The position numbers were made by a program, and so were the translations under genes. A model generated the notes under the pieces. That model had not been told where the DNA came from, ran no database searches, and saw nothing but the letters and a program-made list of their open reading frames with translations. A stretch of 38,874 bases of DNA from Cystobasidiomycetes sp. EMM_F5 (Eukaryota), in NCBI GenBank assembly GCA_051047955.1, contig JBPGPT010000035.1, positions 124,001-162,874 on the forward strand, written 5' to 3'. Shown in pieces: positions 10,671-23,243 of the stretch (position 1 is the first letter of the stretch; each line of letters opens with the position of its first letter).

Positions 10671-12364
10671 ATGCACCGCACACCGTCCAGGCCAGCAGAG
10701 GGCAACGGCAACGACAACACGCACAGCGGAGGGTTCCTATCCAAGCTGCGCGGACAGGCAGAGGCAGCACTGGCAAAGCTGCCATCCAGCGCAGGCGAGC
10801 TCGAGTCGAATCTGAGGCACGGCATAGTCGCAGGTGAATTTGGGATACGCTCGGACCGCGTGTTGACGACTGACAGTGGTCGACAGCCAACCCCCGTCAG
10901 AGCCCGCATACCCTCAAGACGCAGCTGGCAATCAAGACGTACAAGGGTGTACTGCTGGATCATGAGGGAATAGCAAGAGAGAATAAAGCACTCTCAAAGA
11001 CTATCCTCGACCTGACAAAGGAGGACAACCATGCAACAGGCACAATCAACGACGACATAGTAGACGTAGGAGACCGACTCGCATTCCTCCTCTACCGCAC
11101 TGGAGACCTACACCAGCAGTATGCAAAGGAAGCAGAACAGGCTCGCGTCTACCTGAAGGACATTCGGAATGCCGAGACGCCCCTCAACGCACAGCGGGAT
11201 CGGAGACTACAGCTGACAAGGGATATTGCAAGGTTGCGAACAAACGCCAAACCCGACACATCCACCACGTCACGCATAAATGCTCTACAATTGGAACTGG
11301 ACGAGTTTACTCGTCAAGGATCCCCGCTCGCAAATGCAGAAGCGGCAGCACTGACAGCTAGAAGAGCCAAGTTGAGCACTGCATTCAAAGTACACTTTCA
11401 AGCACTACAAGAGCTAGGCGAGAAGCTGGCCATTCTCGCAGTGTACGGGCAAGCATTGGCAGACGGGATAGATACAAGCAGTCAAGCGGGCAAGACGGAC
11501 TACACGGGCAATGAACGGACAGCTGCTATTCGGAATGGAGTAGAGCATAATCTGAATGCATGGTCATTGAGCAAGGCAAATACTCCCAAACCTTCGTTGC
11601 CAGGCACGACAAACATCTCCTCAGCAGTATCAGCTACGTCCTACGCGCCCTCATTCTCCGAAACACATCGTGCAGAACTGGCAGCGCTATCGACGGGCGA
11701 CACAGCACATGCGCAAACGGCTGCCCTCGATTCGTACTATCCTACGACCTCATCGAGTCCAGGACTTGGAGGAGAACAGCACAACAAAGCCTCGTCGATC
11801 CACTCTACAGACTCGCACGCTGCCGTAGCGCACGCAAGCGTAGGAAGCTCCTATCCGCAACACGCCGGAAACAACGCACCACTTCCACCACCTCGTCATC
11901 CGAGCCTGACTCATTCCTCGTCGGGCGGAGGAGGTGCATCAAGCCCGCCCGTTCCGTCAACAGTCCCGCACTCTTCTCCGCTCGTTCAACAACTCAATCA
12001 GATGCCAGTCAGTGCCATCTCACCGACTCCAGTCAAGCAGGATCCACATGCCTCTCCTTCAATCCCTGGCGTAGCACCACAGACACCTACAATCGCAGAG
12101 ACTGGCAAACCCATAACAGGAACAGGAGGACCCTCTTCTGGTGTCCTCTCACCGCCAACAACCAGTACTGGTACTACTGGTGCAAGTGCGACAATGAGTA
12201 AAGAGGAGGAAGCGAGAATCGAGACGCAGAGGAGGTTTGATGCGCTCAGAACCGGACAAGCCAATGGAGGGGCTGATCTGGAAAGGGAAGTAAGTCTAAG
12301 TGGAAGGAGAGGAGGCGAGCAGCTGCCCCCTTACCAATCGCAAGGTGGTTCGAGCGGTCAATGA
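10671..12364 (+). CDS. Pil1/Lsp1-family eisosome BAR-domain protein with long disordered C-terminus (exons 10671-10833, 10887-12364; about 546 aa)
   Basis: Intron 10834-10886 (GTGAAT...CTGAC...CAG). The spliced frame reads DDIVDVGDRLAFLLYRTGDLHQQYAKEAEQARVYLKDIRNAETPLNAQRDRRLQLTRDIARL...FQALQELGEKLAILAVYGQAL, which matches the Pil1 domain pattern. Confidence 0.85.
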
Positions 12365-12866
12365 ATAAATGGATTCGGAGTAAAGTAGTCGGAATAAAAG
12401 AAAGGCTTCTAGCTTCATGCGCGCGAATATCAGACGAGTAAAACACGTACTCTCAAATTCAGTCGCATCGACATGGCTAGGCCTGATTTCATGATTTTGA
12501 GTGAGAACGCTACGATTCAGACACGTTGTGCATGCTCCCAACTTCCAACGAGAGTTACTATCTTTACCTGTTCATTCGGTTATTATCTTTACCTGTTCAT
12601 TCGTCGATGTAGTTTAGCGAGACCTTTCTTGACCTCCCTGCCGCGCTCCCAATCTTGTCTCGCCCGAATCAGTCCCTGAATCCAGCTTGGTAGTCCATCT
12701 GCACGCTTTGCCTGAGAACTGCCCGCTAGCGCGCGACTCCGCAATGAGTCTCGATGAGCTTCGCTTATATGGCGGCTCTGGAAAATCTGGATGTCACAAA
12801 ACGGTAGAGCAGTCATGGAAGCATGACGAATATCACTTAGTGAGCAAATCAACCACATTATGCCCG

Positions 12867-13573
12867 TTAAAAGCTTACACCTCTACGCCCTGATGATGCA
12901 GCGGGCGTGAATACTGGCTGACTGCGCGGCACTGACAGCCGAGATTGTGTTGATGACATTCTCGAAATTGAAACTGGACGCTCAGGGCGGAATTCGTCCA
13001 AAGATGCCTCAGCATCAACATTGTACGGTCTTTCACCATAAAAAAGGCGCCAGAGGTCCGTACTTGTCAACGTAGGCGTGATTTCTGGGCTTGAACTGCG
13101 ACGCGGCAGTCGTCTTGCCTCCTGCTCTGCAGCTGCTTCCTTTTCACTAAGTAGACGTACGGTGACGTGCTTTCTACTTGTTGGGGTCTCAATGGTAGCG
13201 CGCTGTGCGCTATAAGTAGCTGCCTGTGAGGTAGAATCACCATTTCAGCTGGACCCTGTACCACGCTTCAAGCTATGAGAGCGGCGTCTTGCGGTACTGG
13301 TGGGAAATGGCCTACCACTCCGCGGTCAGAGTCATGAACTCCAGCGTCGCAAGATCTGCGTCGTGCAAAAGCGCTTGGGTTGCATTTTATTGGTTCTCGA
13401 AAAGACGCAGAAGACGCCGTGCTAGCCACCGAAAGCGCAAGTAACGATCGTCTTTGTTGCGTTCCGGATGGCCGCAGCGGGTTCTGAGGTTGGCCAAGAG
13501 GCCAAGTCCGCGCGCTAGTGACTGCTGCTGCTGCTTCGGCTAGTTGTCGCCTGCCATCCATCTTGCGTCGCAA
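12867..13573 (-). CDS. Possible low-complexity orphan coding region
   Basis: Three adjacent minus-strand S/R/P-rich ORFs (13268-13573, 13067-13264, 12867-13070). No recognisable domain and the exon structure is unresolved. Confidence 0.2.
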
Positions 13574-13895
13574 AGCGCCTCCGCAATGCGATGATGGTGT
13601 AGGCGAGATCTCTACGTCACGTTGCCGGTTTGATGTGGCAAGATACAGAGGTGAGTGCAGAGAGTACGGCTGGTCTTACGTGGTGTCAGTCATCAGTAAC
13701 TCTGACAAATCAGCACTGACGCAACAGCATTGACAGTGTGACGCGAGTTTTGGGAACCATGAGAACAGGGTTACGAAAAGCCAGTGGCGGTGAGTATGTT
13801 TTGACAGTCAATGCTATGCCCTGCATGACCTGAGACGGCCAGTGTGAATCTCGGATAATTCACTAAGTAAGCCTTTGATTATATGATCTCTGATT

Positions 13896-16805
13896 TCATG
13901 ACCTTCGCGCTCGTCGATTCAGTTTTGCAGAACCCTGCTTGATTTGGCGCTTCACTTCTCGCGTCATTTTGTTCTTGTTTGGGTCGCCATCGTATTGCTG
14001 CTTGTTAGAGCGCGACGCTTCCACATTTGTTGCCGAAAGGCCTGTCCAGCGCCTCCACCACGACTCTCTGTGAGGGCCGTTCTTATTGCGCTTCTGTAAA
14101 CGCTGGATGAAGGCGCGCCAGCGTAGGCAAGTAAGCAACATATATCAAGATACAAAAGCCGGTAGACAATGTCAAGAAATCATCGGACTTACACCTCTGT
14201 GTCCTGACGCAGCAGATGGCGGATTCAGGTCGAGTCCGCTCATACGTGGCAGGGGAACCGGCGTCCCATCCGGAAATTGGATCGGCTTCCGACCGTGCGG
14301 TGTGTTTGTATACACTTCTGTGCCAGGAGTATGAGCAAACCGCTGTTGAAAGACAAACCAAGGTATTTAGTCAGCGTTAACGAACGACTGGGTACATACT
14401 GCAGTAGTATGCTCACAAATGGCGACAAGTCAACTAGATGTTTCCTCTCCCTTTCAATGCGCTCGATGAGCTTTTGCCGATTCGCACGCCTCTGAGGTTG
14501 ATTTTCCATGTGTCTGCCGTGCCGCTCTAGATAAGCCAATTCGTCTTCCACTTCTTTCGTGAGATTCTTATTATCCTTGTCATGCTGCTTCAGCATTTGC
14601 TCTCGAGTCGAATAAGACCGTAGTTGTAACGGTTGGCCGTGATCGATGGAGTCCTAAGATTGCCGGAATGCGAGCTTAGCTCAGCGGGTACATTTGTACA
14701 GTGAGTTCGTTTGGCTTACCGAAGCAGCCGCTGGATTTCGGTGAGTATGGGACGTAGGCAGCCTGGCAGGAGGCCGAGTTCGAGTTGACAGTGTCGATGC
14801 TGACTCTGTCCGCTGAGACCGATGACTCGCCAAGAGTGCCGTAGAATCAACGCCAAAGTCCGCTGGATCCAGCTAGTCGTTTCATCATCGTCAGCGAGCT
14901 GTTTCAGAATGACGGTGATGGATCCTAGACTCACGTAAAGAGCAACATCCGTTAGACGCCAGTGCTGCCTCTCCAAAATGATCTGTGCCACAAGTCGCTG
15001 CCGCTCTACACTTCGTGCTTTGAAGCCTGGCATCAATTCTTGATGGCGGAGGCGGTAATCTTGCTCTTGAGCTAGCTCGAAATCTATACGCTTCAAGTCC
15101 GCATCGTGCACATAGAGTGCTTCTGTTGCATTTGGGAAATGCCTACGTTTGGGCGGTCTGACTGATGTTGGAATCTACAAGGTCGGCGATCGAGCATATC
15201 TCATCAGCAGATGATACAGCTTATGTGCGCCAACCATGCTCACAATACCAATAGACGATCGCAGACTGGCCGAAGAATCTGAAGGCCTGACTGATTCGGT
15301 AGGGTGCTGCGGTGACCTTTCACGACGCTGTCCATCAATTGCACCTGAAACTCGGACATGATTTTGTATATAGCCGGTCGATGCTCTTGCATTGGAAGTG
15401 CTGGCCCTCGTCATTGGCTGATGTGCTGTTCGCATAATCACAGTGTGATTATTATTGGCAGAAGGGTAGTCAACAGTCGAGGTGCGTCGATTGTCAATGA
15501 GCGCATCGATGGGCGCGCCTGCTCCGCTTGTATTGTTCCGCAGTAGTCGGTCTGCTTCCCGTTTTGCAGCTGCTTCCTCCGCCTTGAGTCTCTGTAACAG
15601 AACGAGGCGCTCGTCTGTCTTTGCTGTCTGAGCAGTTGTGGGTTGCCTGCCAGGATAATACACCTGTACAAAAATGGCCCAGTCAGATGGAAATTTATCA
15701 TGCTCCAAGCTGCCAGCTCTACTACTCACCTGCATCGGAGCGTTCTGCTGAGCAGAAGCAAATTCCCAACGTCTTGTTGTAGTTGTCGTACTTGTAATAT
15801 TGGTATTGACGGTCGGGCGTTGTGGTCGGCTAGCCGCCGTCTCACTTTCACGCCGTGGCTTGGGATCAATCCTCCTAGGCTGAGCAGTCGTAACCTGACT
15901 TGACGTGGATGTGTGCTGAGGCTGCTGTTGTGCTGGTACCGCTAGCGGGATGTTTGGGTCGGGTGCCTTCATTCTTTGCCTTGCCCGCTGTTCTAGTCTC
16001 TGCCGACGGTCCTCAGCTGCCTGTTGCTCAGAGAGTCTAGGTAGATCAACAGTGTCACCGCCCGGTCGTCGCACGTGAACAACATCATCAGTAGCAGGGC
16101 CATTGATAAGACTGGCCCATTGTTTGGATGGCCGCACGAAGTGCGAGGCTTGTTTCCCCGACGCCCCCGAGTTGCGCCGAGCTGCAGTTGCATGTGGAGC
16201 AGAATCTTTCGAAGCGGACCTTGGTGCAGGTGGCTGTTCTACCTCTAGGGATGCCCGCATGGCGTCCACGGTCCCCTGCCATTCTTCACCAGAATATTCG
16301 TACGGTGGAGTAACGTCACGGTGACGACTGCTTGTCTGGGGGACTCGGGATGATCCTTCCTGGATGACAGGTTGTGCGCGCTGTGCACGATTCTGAGATG
16401 CAGATTTATGGTCAGTAACAATAGGTCGACAGCTTTCGACCCCTCACCTGTACCGGCATCTTGCCTTGTTTTCGCTCGGATATTTCGCCGTGACCCTGGA
16501 CGTTCAATGCCTTCGATGGCGTCTCATCCTCTGCTGGCCTGAATTGCTGCACGTACAAATCTACGTCAGCGCCATGCCAAAGACAACGCAGCAGACTTCT
16601 GACATACTTGGGATGCTTGCGCTTGCTGCGCGTCGAACCATCTCTTTCGGTTCGAAAGTTCCGTAATTTTGGTGTCGGCAAGGTCCAGTGCTTTTGTGTC
16701 TGATTGAGACGTATGACCAGAGGACGCTATGGCATTCTTTAGTAGTCGCTTCGCTTTAACCGCGGTTCTGAGCTCCCCTTCATCAGCAGCGGTCCACTCG
16801 ACCAT
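13896..16805 (-). CDS. Large multi-exon orphan protein (disordered N-terminal half, helical/charged C-terminal half)
   Basis: Frame-preserving introns at 16607-16547, 16447-16393 and 15729-15664 link ATG 16805 to the 364-aa ORF. Downstream ORFs 14716-15111, 14240-14596 and 13896-14141 have splice-like borders. No recognised domain. Confidence 0.55.
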
Positions 16806-17212
16806 CGTCTTGGATTGATATCCGGTTCTGGGAGATTAGGAAGGTCTGGTGCGAGAGATCTGGTTGGCAAGACGAGAAGAGCTTCACTGAGAGCAGAAAG
16901 ATTGGCCTTTTCCCCCCTTTGACGGGGTTTGCTTTGTTGACCCATCTGTAGTGCGATGCAACACAGCGGGCACTGCCCTGACTGCCGAGCAAGGTTACCG
17001 TGCATGCAGATCGGAAAAGCCAGAGCTATCTTATGGAGCATTCTGGTCCAATCTGGTGGTGTTGACTTCTCCCTGGCTCGTTTCGGATTCTACAGCACGG
17101 AGGGTCTGTGCGCGACAAGCGACGGGGAGACCTGCCACGGAGAACTTGATGGATGTGCCCCTTAAAGTCCAAGTGTCACGCTATAGCTGCCACCTAATGT
17201 GACAGGCAAGCA

Positions 17213-18117
17213 TTAGGAGTTGACAGCTGACACGGATGTTCCGGAGGTAGCGCTCTCGGTTGTCTGGTCGTGACTTCCTTTATGCTTGCTGGCCTTGTCT
17301 CCGAGCACCGACATGAGCACAGAGACCACTCTAATGCAATCTTCATAGTCTTCGAGAGTGGGTTCTGCTGATGCCCACCTTGCATTCTCGAGGTGCTGTT
17401 CATACAATCTGAGAATTGGAGCAAGTGTTGCTGGAAGAACAGGCTGCACCAGCGTCGGTGCACTATCTCCATCAGCCGCGATGATTGTTTCTGGCTCCAG
17501 GAGAGGCCAATAATCGGCCAGCGGCGATCGATTTCGACTATTCAAAGGCTTGGGTGGGATAGAGTGGGGAAAGAGTTGCGTCCAAACGGCTTCGGTCAAG
17601 ACGCCGACTGAGTCGAGAATCTCCGTGCGGAAGTGTAGTCCATCATAGACTGAGCCTGGCGTGCCCCAGCCTGGCAAAGTACGTCCTCGAGGGCAGCTCT
17701 GATACGCAATCATTGCGCATCGTGTATACTCCGCTGCAGTCAGCCTGTATACGTTCTGCGTGGACAGTGGAGTCTAAGCTGAAATATAAATTTTACAATG
17801 CGATAATCTACCTTGTTCAGCTCATCTTTGCCCAGCGGAAGGTAACCTTTGGGGATGCTCGCCAGCTCTTTCCGAACCGTCCAGAGGCGGGCAAAGGAGA
17901 TGAAGATGCTAAGCGCGACGACGAGAAAGTACCCTCCACCGACGATTGCTGTATCTGAGAACCGCAGCGGTCCTCGTGCGTTCTTTACGACTTGCTGGCC
18001 GATGTCGTAGCCTGTCCCGAGCAAGACGACGGTCAAGAGGACGATGAGGGAGAAGAGGGAGACTTTGTAGAGTCTGTCTGCGAATACTGATGCGTTGTGC
18101 GAGCCTGATGCGGACAT
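17213..18117 (-). CDS. DLT1: Dlt1 (defect at low temperature 1)-like membrane protein (exons 18117-17812, 17755-17213; about 282 aa)
   Basis: Two N-terminal TM helices, then RLWTVRKELASIPKGYLPLGKDEL, EYTRCAMIAYQSCPR, PGWG and YEQHLENARWA, which fits the fungal Dlt1 pattern. Phase-0 intron at 17811-17756. Confidence 0.7.
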
Positions 18118-18338
18118 TGCTGGAGCCAGTTGCGTTAAATATCGCCTTCAATGGTCTGAAATGGGCTGGCTGTCAACAGCGCAGCCGGCGGGACAGAGCA
18201 GCCGCGAGGATACGAGTATCATGTTGTATTTGCAGAGTCATACTCGTAAACATTTCAACATTGTTGCTGGTCATGATTTGTACCAAGATCAACCTGGTTG
18301 CAACTCGGGATTCCAATAGCCATCTCTGCTTCCTGCCA

Positions 18339-19383
18339 ATGTCGACGTTTGCTCGTTTCTTTCTGCCGACAACACGGAGCACACCGTACTCCCAGACAAT
18401 ATCCTGGAATCGCTTCTCAAGACTGCGACGATGGCAGTCTTCAGCGTCATCAAAGTCCGGCAATGCTGCTGGTGGGGCTGCTCCGATAGCTGATGCAGCA
18501 GCAGCTTCGACAAAGAGGCAGTCGCGGTTTAGCAGGGCGTACGAGAATATGAAGAAGAAACCGTGCGCCGTTTGGAAGTCGGGATATGCGGTCATGTTGG
18601 GACTGACTTGATGCTGAATACAGAGGGACTCACATCGGGAGCTTCCTTCTCTTGCACGAACTGACTGCCGTACTCCCTCTGTGTATGCGTTCAACCATGC
18701 GCAGAACACTAACCATTAGTGCTGACTTTACCTGTGCCCCAACAGTCCCATTATACTGTCCGTCAGTACACGCTTCATAGTGGATCATTCAGCTAACAAT
18801 ACACGTTCTGATCTATCTCCCACTATAGACTTCTTCCAATGGACAGACTTGGCCCCGTCATTACTAGGAGGGCCGGCCGTAGCGACAATGGCTAAATTCA
18901 CAATACCTGACGTGATACCGGCTTCATTAGGAGGCGGACGCAGAGTGGAAGACGTGATGACCGAATGGATAGATACATCTGCACGTACCGTAGCGCGAGT
19001 CGGCTCGAAATACGGCATCATGGGTTTCCACAAGGTACAGCAGCTCCGTGGCAAAGAAAAGGAGATTGTTGAGGAAGAAGGCGCTGCAGCTGTCAGAGAA
19101 GGTATGAGAGGCATGCCTAATCTAGGAATCAGATCCAAGATTGCAGAAAGTGTCAGTGGCGTCAGCGTCAGGACAGTTATGGATGCAGGTGAGTCGCATA
19201 ATCCTTGTCATCCGACGGAATCCATTACTTATAGCAGTCTTGTATACAGTCGCAGCATATGCTGTCGTGAAGGCACTTCTACCGGTCCGACTTGCTATCT
19301 CTGTCGCTGGAACGCCGTGGTTTGCTTCCCGTATCGTCATACCCTGCATCAACGCCATTCGAAGAAAGCCGCAAGGGGTATAG
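18339..19383 (+). CDS. MRX11: Mitochondrial FLILHELTA-family protein Mrx11 (exons 18339-18562, 18624-18682, 18746-18757, 18829-19188, 19250-19383)
   Basis: Exon 2 encodes GSFLLLHELTAVLPL (family signature). The last exon encodes AAYAVVKALLPVRLAISVAGTPWFA. The N-terminus is an Arg/Ser-rich presequence. Confidence 0.85.
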
Positions 19384-20695
19384 CATTGTGTCCAAGACAC
19401 GGAGAGCTCTGCTGCCGGTTAATGGCCAATTTGGTAATGCAGGATGCGATGCTTTACTGAAGTCACAAAAGCAAGCGCAAATTCATCCCCCGACTTGGCG
19501 CCTGATTAGATGTGAAGTTCAATGCACTTCAAGCAAGGTCTGTGGTACTGCGACACCGGCTGCCGTCTTTTTCACCGTTGCAGCGGTGTAGACCATGCAG
19601 GCGTTTGTAATCACATAGCAGTCACAACAGCATTACCCTCAAGAAGGTTGTTGTTGTTGGAAGTCAACACGATATTCATGAAGCAGCTTCTGTAAGCTCG
19701 AGATTGGTAAATAATTGCTGCCTGGCGACTTTGGATCTCTCGACTTGAATGCCACAGGAAATATGCGGCACCGGTCTTCTTTGCTTTGAACCTCTTCGAA
19801 TCCTGCCTCGGTCCAACAATGAATCTCACCGTTGCAGCGCGTACTAATGGCAAGCCATGGCCCCGACTTTGCAGAGACATCTCAAGACTAACGATGTGAC
19901 ATCATGTCTGCTAAAATACAGTATTGGGAGGAAAGCTTTTACCAGTCCGTACAGATTTGCTTTTCTCCGTCAAGGAGATTGCAGACTCTGATGCCGGGCT
20001 AGTGCTCCATGGAGCCTATAACAGGTTTCCTGCGAAATGGGTATTGCGATACCGGACCTCTAGATCGGGGCTCGCACACCGGTGTGTAGTGATACAGTGC
20101 AGAAGTGTGAATGTTTAAGCGTTACTTACATTCTCTCCTCGACTAGTCGCCGCGGTGGTCACAGACGAGTTTCTCGAATTCTCCGCTCAGCGTGGTAATG
20201 ACTTGCGACAGAGCGGGACGATAATAGGTGGATCAGGCAGCGGTTCTGTCTTTCCAGGCTTGAAGGGTGGCTGCAAGTGGTGAGCAGTGCTTTTGTTACG
20301 TCACTTCGGCTTCATTGAAAGGCTACTATAGGTGTTTATGTGCTTCGAGGTGGCTCGAGGCATTCCAGGCGAGGGGGACGTACGGTGACAGCATCGTCCC
20401 ACAAGTCATGTTGGAGTCGACGCACCAGGCGGCTCTGGTAAGTTTGACAAATGATCGCTCACGCTTGATGCCTAAAACCATATTCACAGAAAACAATCAG
20501 CATTGAAGATTTGCAAAAGTTCTCATTCAAGGATGGAGACAAGGCAAAGAGCGAGTTGTGATGAGTCAACTATATTTATCTTTGTAGCTTTGCGTAACAT
20601 GATACATTATTCGACACGTCACTGATACTGTTGGAACTGCTATACCGGCTAAATTCTTCCGCAGACAATCTTTACTGACTCAAGTGTCTGTTTCA

Positions 20696-21934
20696 TCATA
20701 TGAACAAATGTAGACTAACAGCAAGGAGACCCAGGATCGTTAGGACCGTCGGCTCGAGTCGGTTGGCCGCATTTGTATCCCACGGGACGCTCACTAGAAT
20801 CGGGCAAACTTTAGCAGATAAAGCAATCACGTCAACGATATATCGGACCCACACTTGCTGTTGAGCGCTTGTAGAAGCCCAGTGTCGCTTTCGGATGACC
20901 ATATCCCCACGCCCACTACAGGATTCCTGACTGTATCATTGCGATGTTTGTTGACCAGAGCTCCGAGCTGACATAACGGCGTTAGTCATCAGACAAGGTG
21001 GGGCTTGCATGTCGCTCACCTGATTTCCACTCCACAAGTTCGAACCAGTATTCTTGGCATACGCTCCAGCGTCTCCTGGTGCGCCAATCAAGATGTTCAT
21101 TCGGTCGGTAGCGTTGTTCTGTATGCCCATCCAGGTTCTTAAAGTGGAGTCAAAGCTAGCCTGTCCGAGCGAGCATCGATTGTCGTTGTAAAATTGTATC
21201 ATTAGATAATCGAACGGCACAGTCTTGACCATAGTCTCCATGGGGTTTATGTCTGTCGAGTTTATCCTACATTCTGGTGTCCCAACGATGAGAAGGTCTT
21301 TGTTGTATGACAACAGAATATTCGTAAAGGTATCGTAATGTAATTGGTCGATCTGCCCAGAGTTGTTCTCCACATCAAGAACCACGCCATCGAACGGGAC
21401 CGACCCAAACGGTCTGGTTGGAGATCCAGCTACTCCAGTAGGATTGGGAAAGATGAAAGTATTCCATACATCTGTCGCAGTCTTGCTAGCTTGTTGGGCA
21501 TTCTGAAAGGTATAGTCGCCCCCGCATGATTTGTCGACACATCCGCCCATTGCTAGCATAATCTTGATGTTCTTTCCACGACAGTATCCGATATCCGAGG
21601 ATATCTGCGCGCAACCACCTGTCCCCACGTTGGTACCAGTTGACACGGGAACCGTACAATTGTATGAATCGACTTCCAAGCGCATCGGGATGTAGCCATA
21701 CTGCGATAGGAAGCTTATCGCAATCATGTCGAAGAAGCCAGTGTCGCACATTGCTCTCAGCGAAGTCGCAACAGCTGGCGACTGTCCGAAGCTGGATCAG
21801 CAAGACATCAGTTGCGTCAGAAAGGTTACTCGGATTTCGACTGACAAGCCCAGGACATAGCCTGCACAAGACGGGACGAGGCACGCCAGCAGCGCAAACG
21901 CTGATATCGATATCAGCCTCAGCGTCCATCCCAT
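20696..21934 (-). CDS. GH18 class III (Cts1/hevamine-type) chitinase-like protein with signal peptide and GPI-like tail
   Basis: Signal peptide MGWTLRLISISAFALLACLVPSCAG. After intron 21845-21792 it reads GFFGQ...CDTGFFDMIAISFL, ISSDIGYCRGKNIKIMLAMGG, RPFGSVPFDGVVLDVE, FDYLMIQFYND, ILIGAPG. After the intron starting at 21019 it reads VVGVGIWS. A probable last exon ends NAANRLEPTVLTILGLLAVSLHLFI. Confidence 0.85.
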
Positions 21935-23243
21935 GTTGCTGACCATTCTTGCAGCGGCGGGGTCGCCCAATAAAGCACTCCAGCACACGGACTCTTCAGC
22001 GCATCAGCTGGGCCAACAAAAGCCGCTTTGGGCTGGTCAGCAGGTCTTGAACGAGCATAGAGTGGGAAGGAAGGGAAACAGGGCGAATCATCTACACCGT
22101 CGCCAACCTCTGTCGATTGAGACCATTTCAAATCCCGCGCATATATATCGTCCGACTTGGCGTAAGTTATAGCAAACTGACAGACCCGGAAGCAGTCTAA
22201 TATTCAGGAATATGCGCATCAAAGACCTCCCTTCTGATCCATTTACAATTCATCCCCTTTCAGCGGCAGCGGCAGCGGAATCGTGACTGGCCCGATGACC
22301 CGTCGCACAGCATCGTCTGGACTCAGCGATTTAGTAGGGATTCCTGTCCACAGCTCGTTCCAAAGCTTCCAGCCTCTGTATCCGTTTCGTTCACTGGGAC
22401 ACGCCTACGTGTCCTCAAGTACGCTCTGCACGCAACATGAGCAGCCAGCAAACGCGTCACAGAGGCATGAACGACACCCGTGGTGGCCTGTCGAATGCAG
22501 CTGCAGATGCGACAGAAGCCTATGACAGACTTCGTCGCAGGGGCTTGTCCGGGGATGAGCCCATCCATCGTGCAATACCGCTGTGGGCAGCTCCAAAGGT
22601 CTCCTTCAGACCAGTCGTCTGGACGACAGCCAACAGACACGCTCCAACTACTCCATCTCGCTTCAATGTTCGTCCTTAGAGACGATTAGTACAGTCGGCG
22701 ACGCTTGCTGCAGTAGGTCGACATCCGATGCTTGCCTCGTTATGTCAGTATTGCCAGCCTGGTGTAGGCATATCTGCAACTCGAGACCCTGCTACTGCAC
22801 TAAAACATCTGGCAATGTCTACCTGACAGTATTGCCACTAGATTCACAGCCAAGTCATGGTTTTTGCGTGCCCTAGCTTGAGCAGCAAGTTATACCTATC
22901 GCAGTTGCTTTGCTCACGGACGCATATACCTCTACTTCGCTATACTGCCGCGGTAGCTGACACAATGACGCTGAATTGTCTCGATGCCCTGTTCTCACCG
23001 TCACGGTCACGATCTTCACAGAGCGGTGTCTGCGTCACTACGAGGCTATACTAATGCATCGCAGAAGGCACTTCTAGCATGCGCACGCAACTGCTGACCG
23101 CTGTCTACGGCCCAGTTACCATCTGTTGCTGTTACTCTAGCATATTCAGGTCCTAACCGCTTGTGGCTGCCAAGTAGCCATCTTTAGAGATCGCGCAAAG
23201 GTGCCTTCACCGCCGCAATCTGCCACAGTACAAATTGCACAAT

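Noticed and set aside
19400..20690. Possible gene between MRX11 and the chitinase
   Set aside because: Splice-like signals exist, but the frames I tried hit stops and show no recognisable protein.
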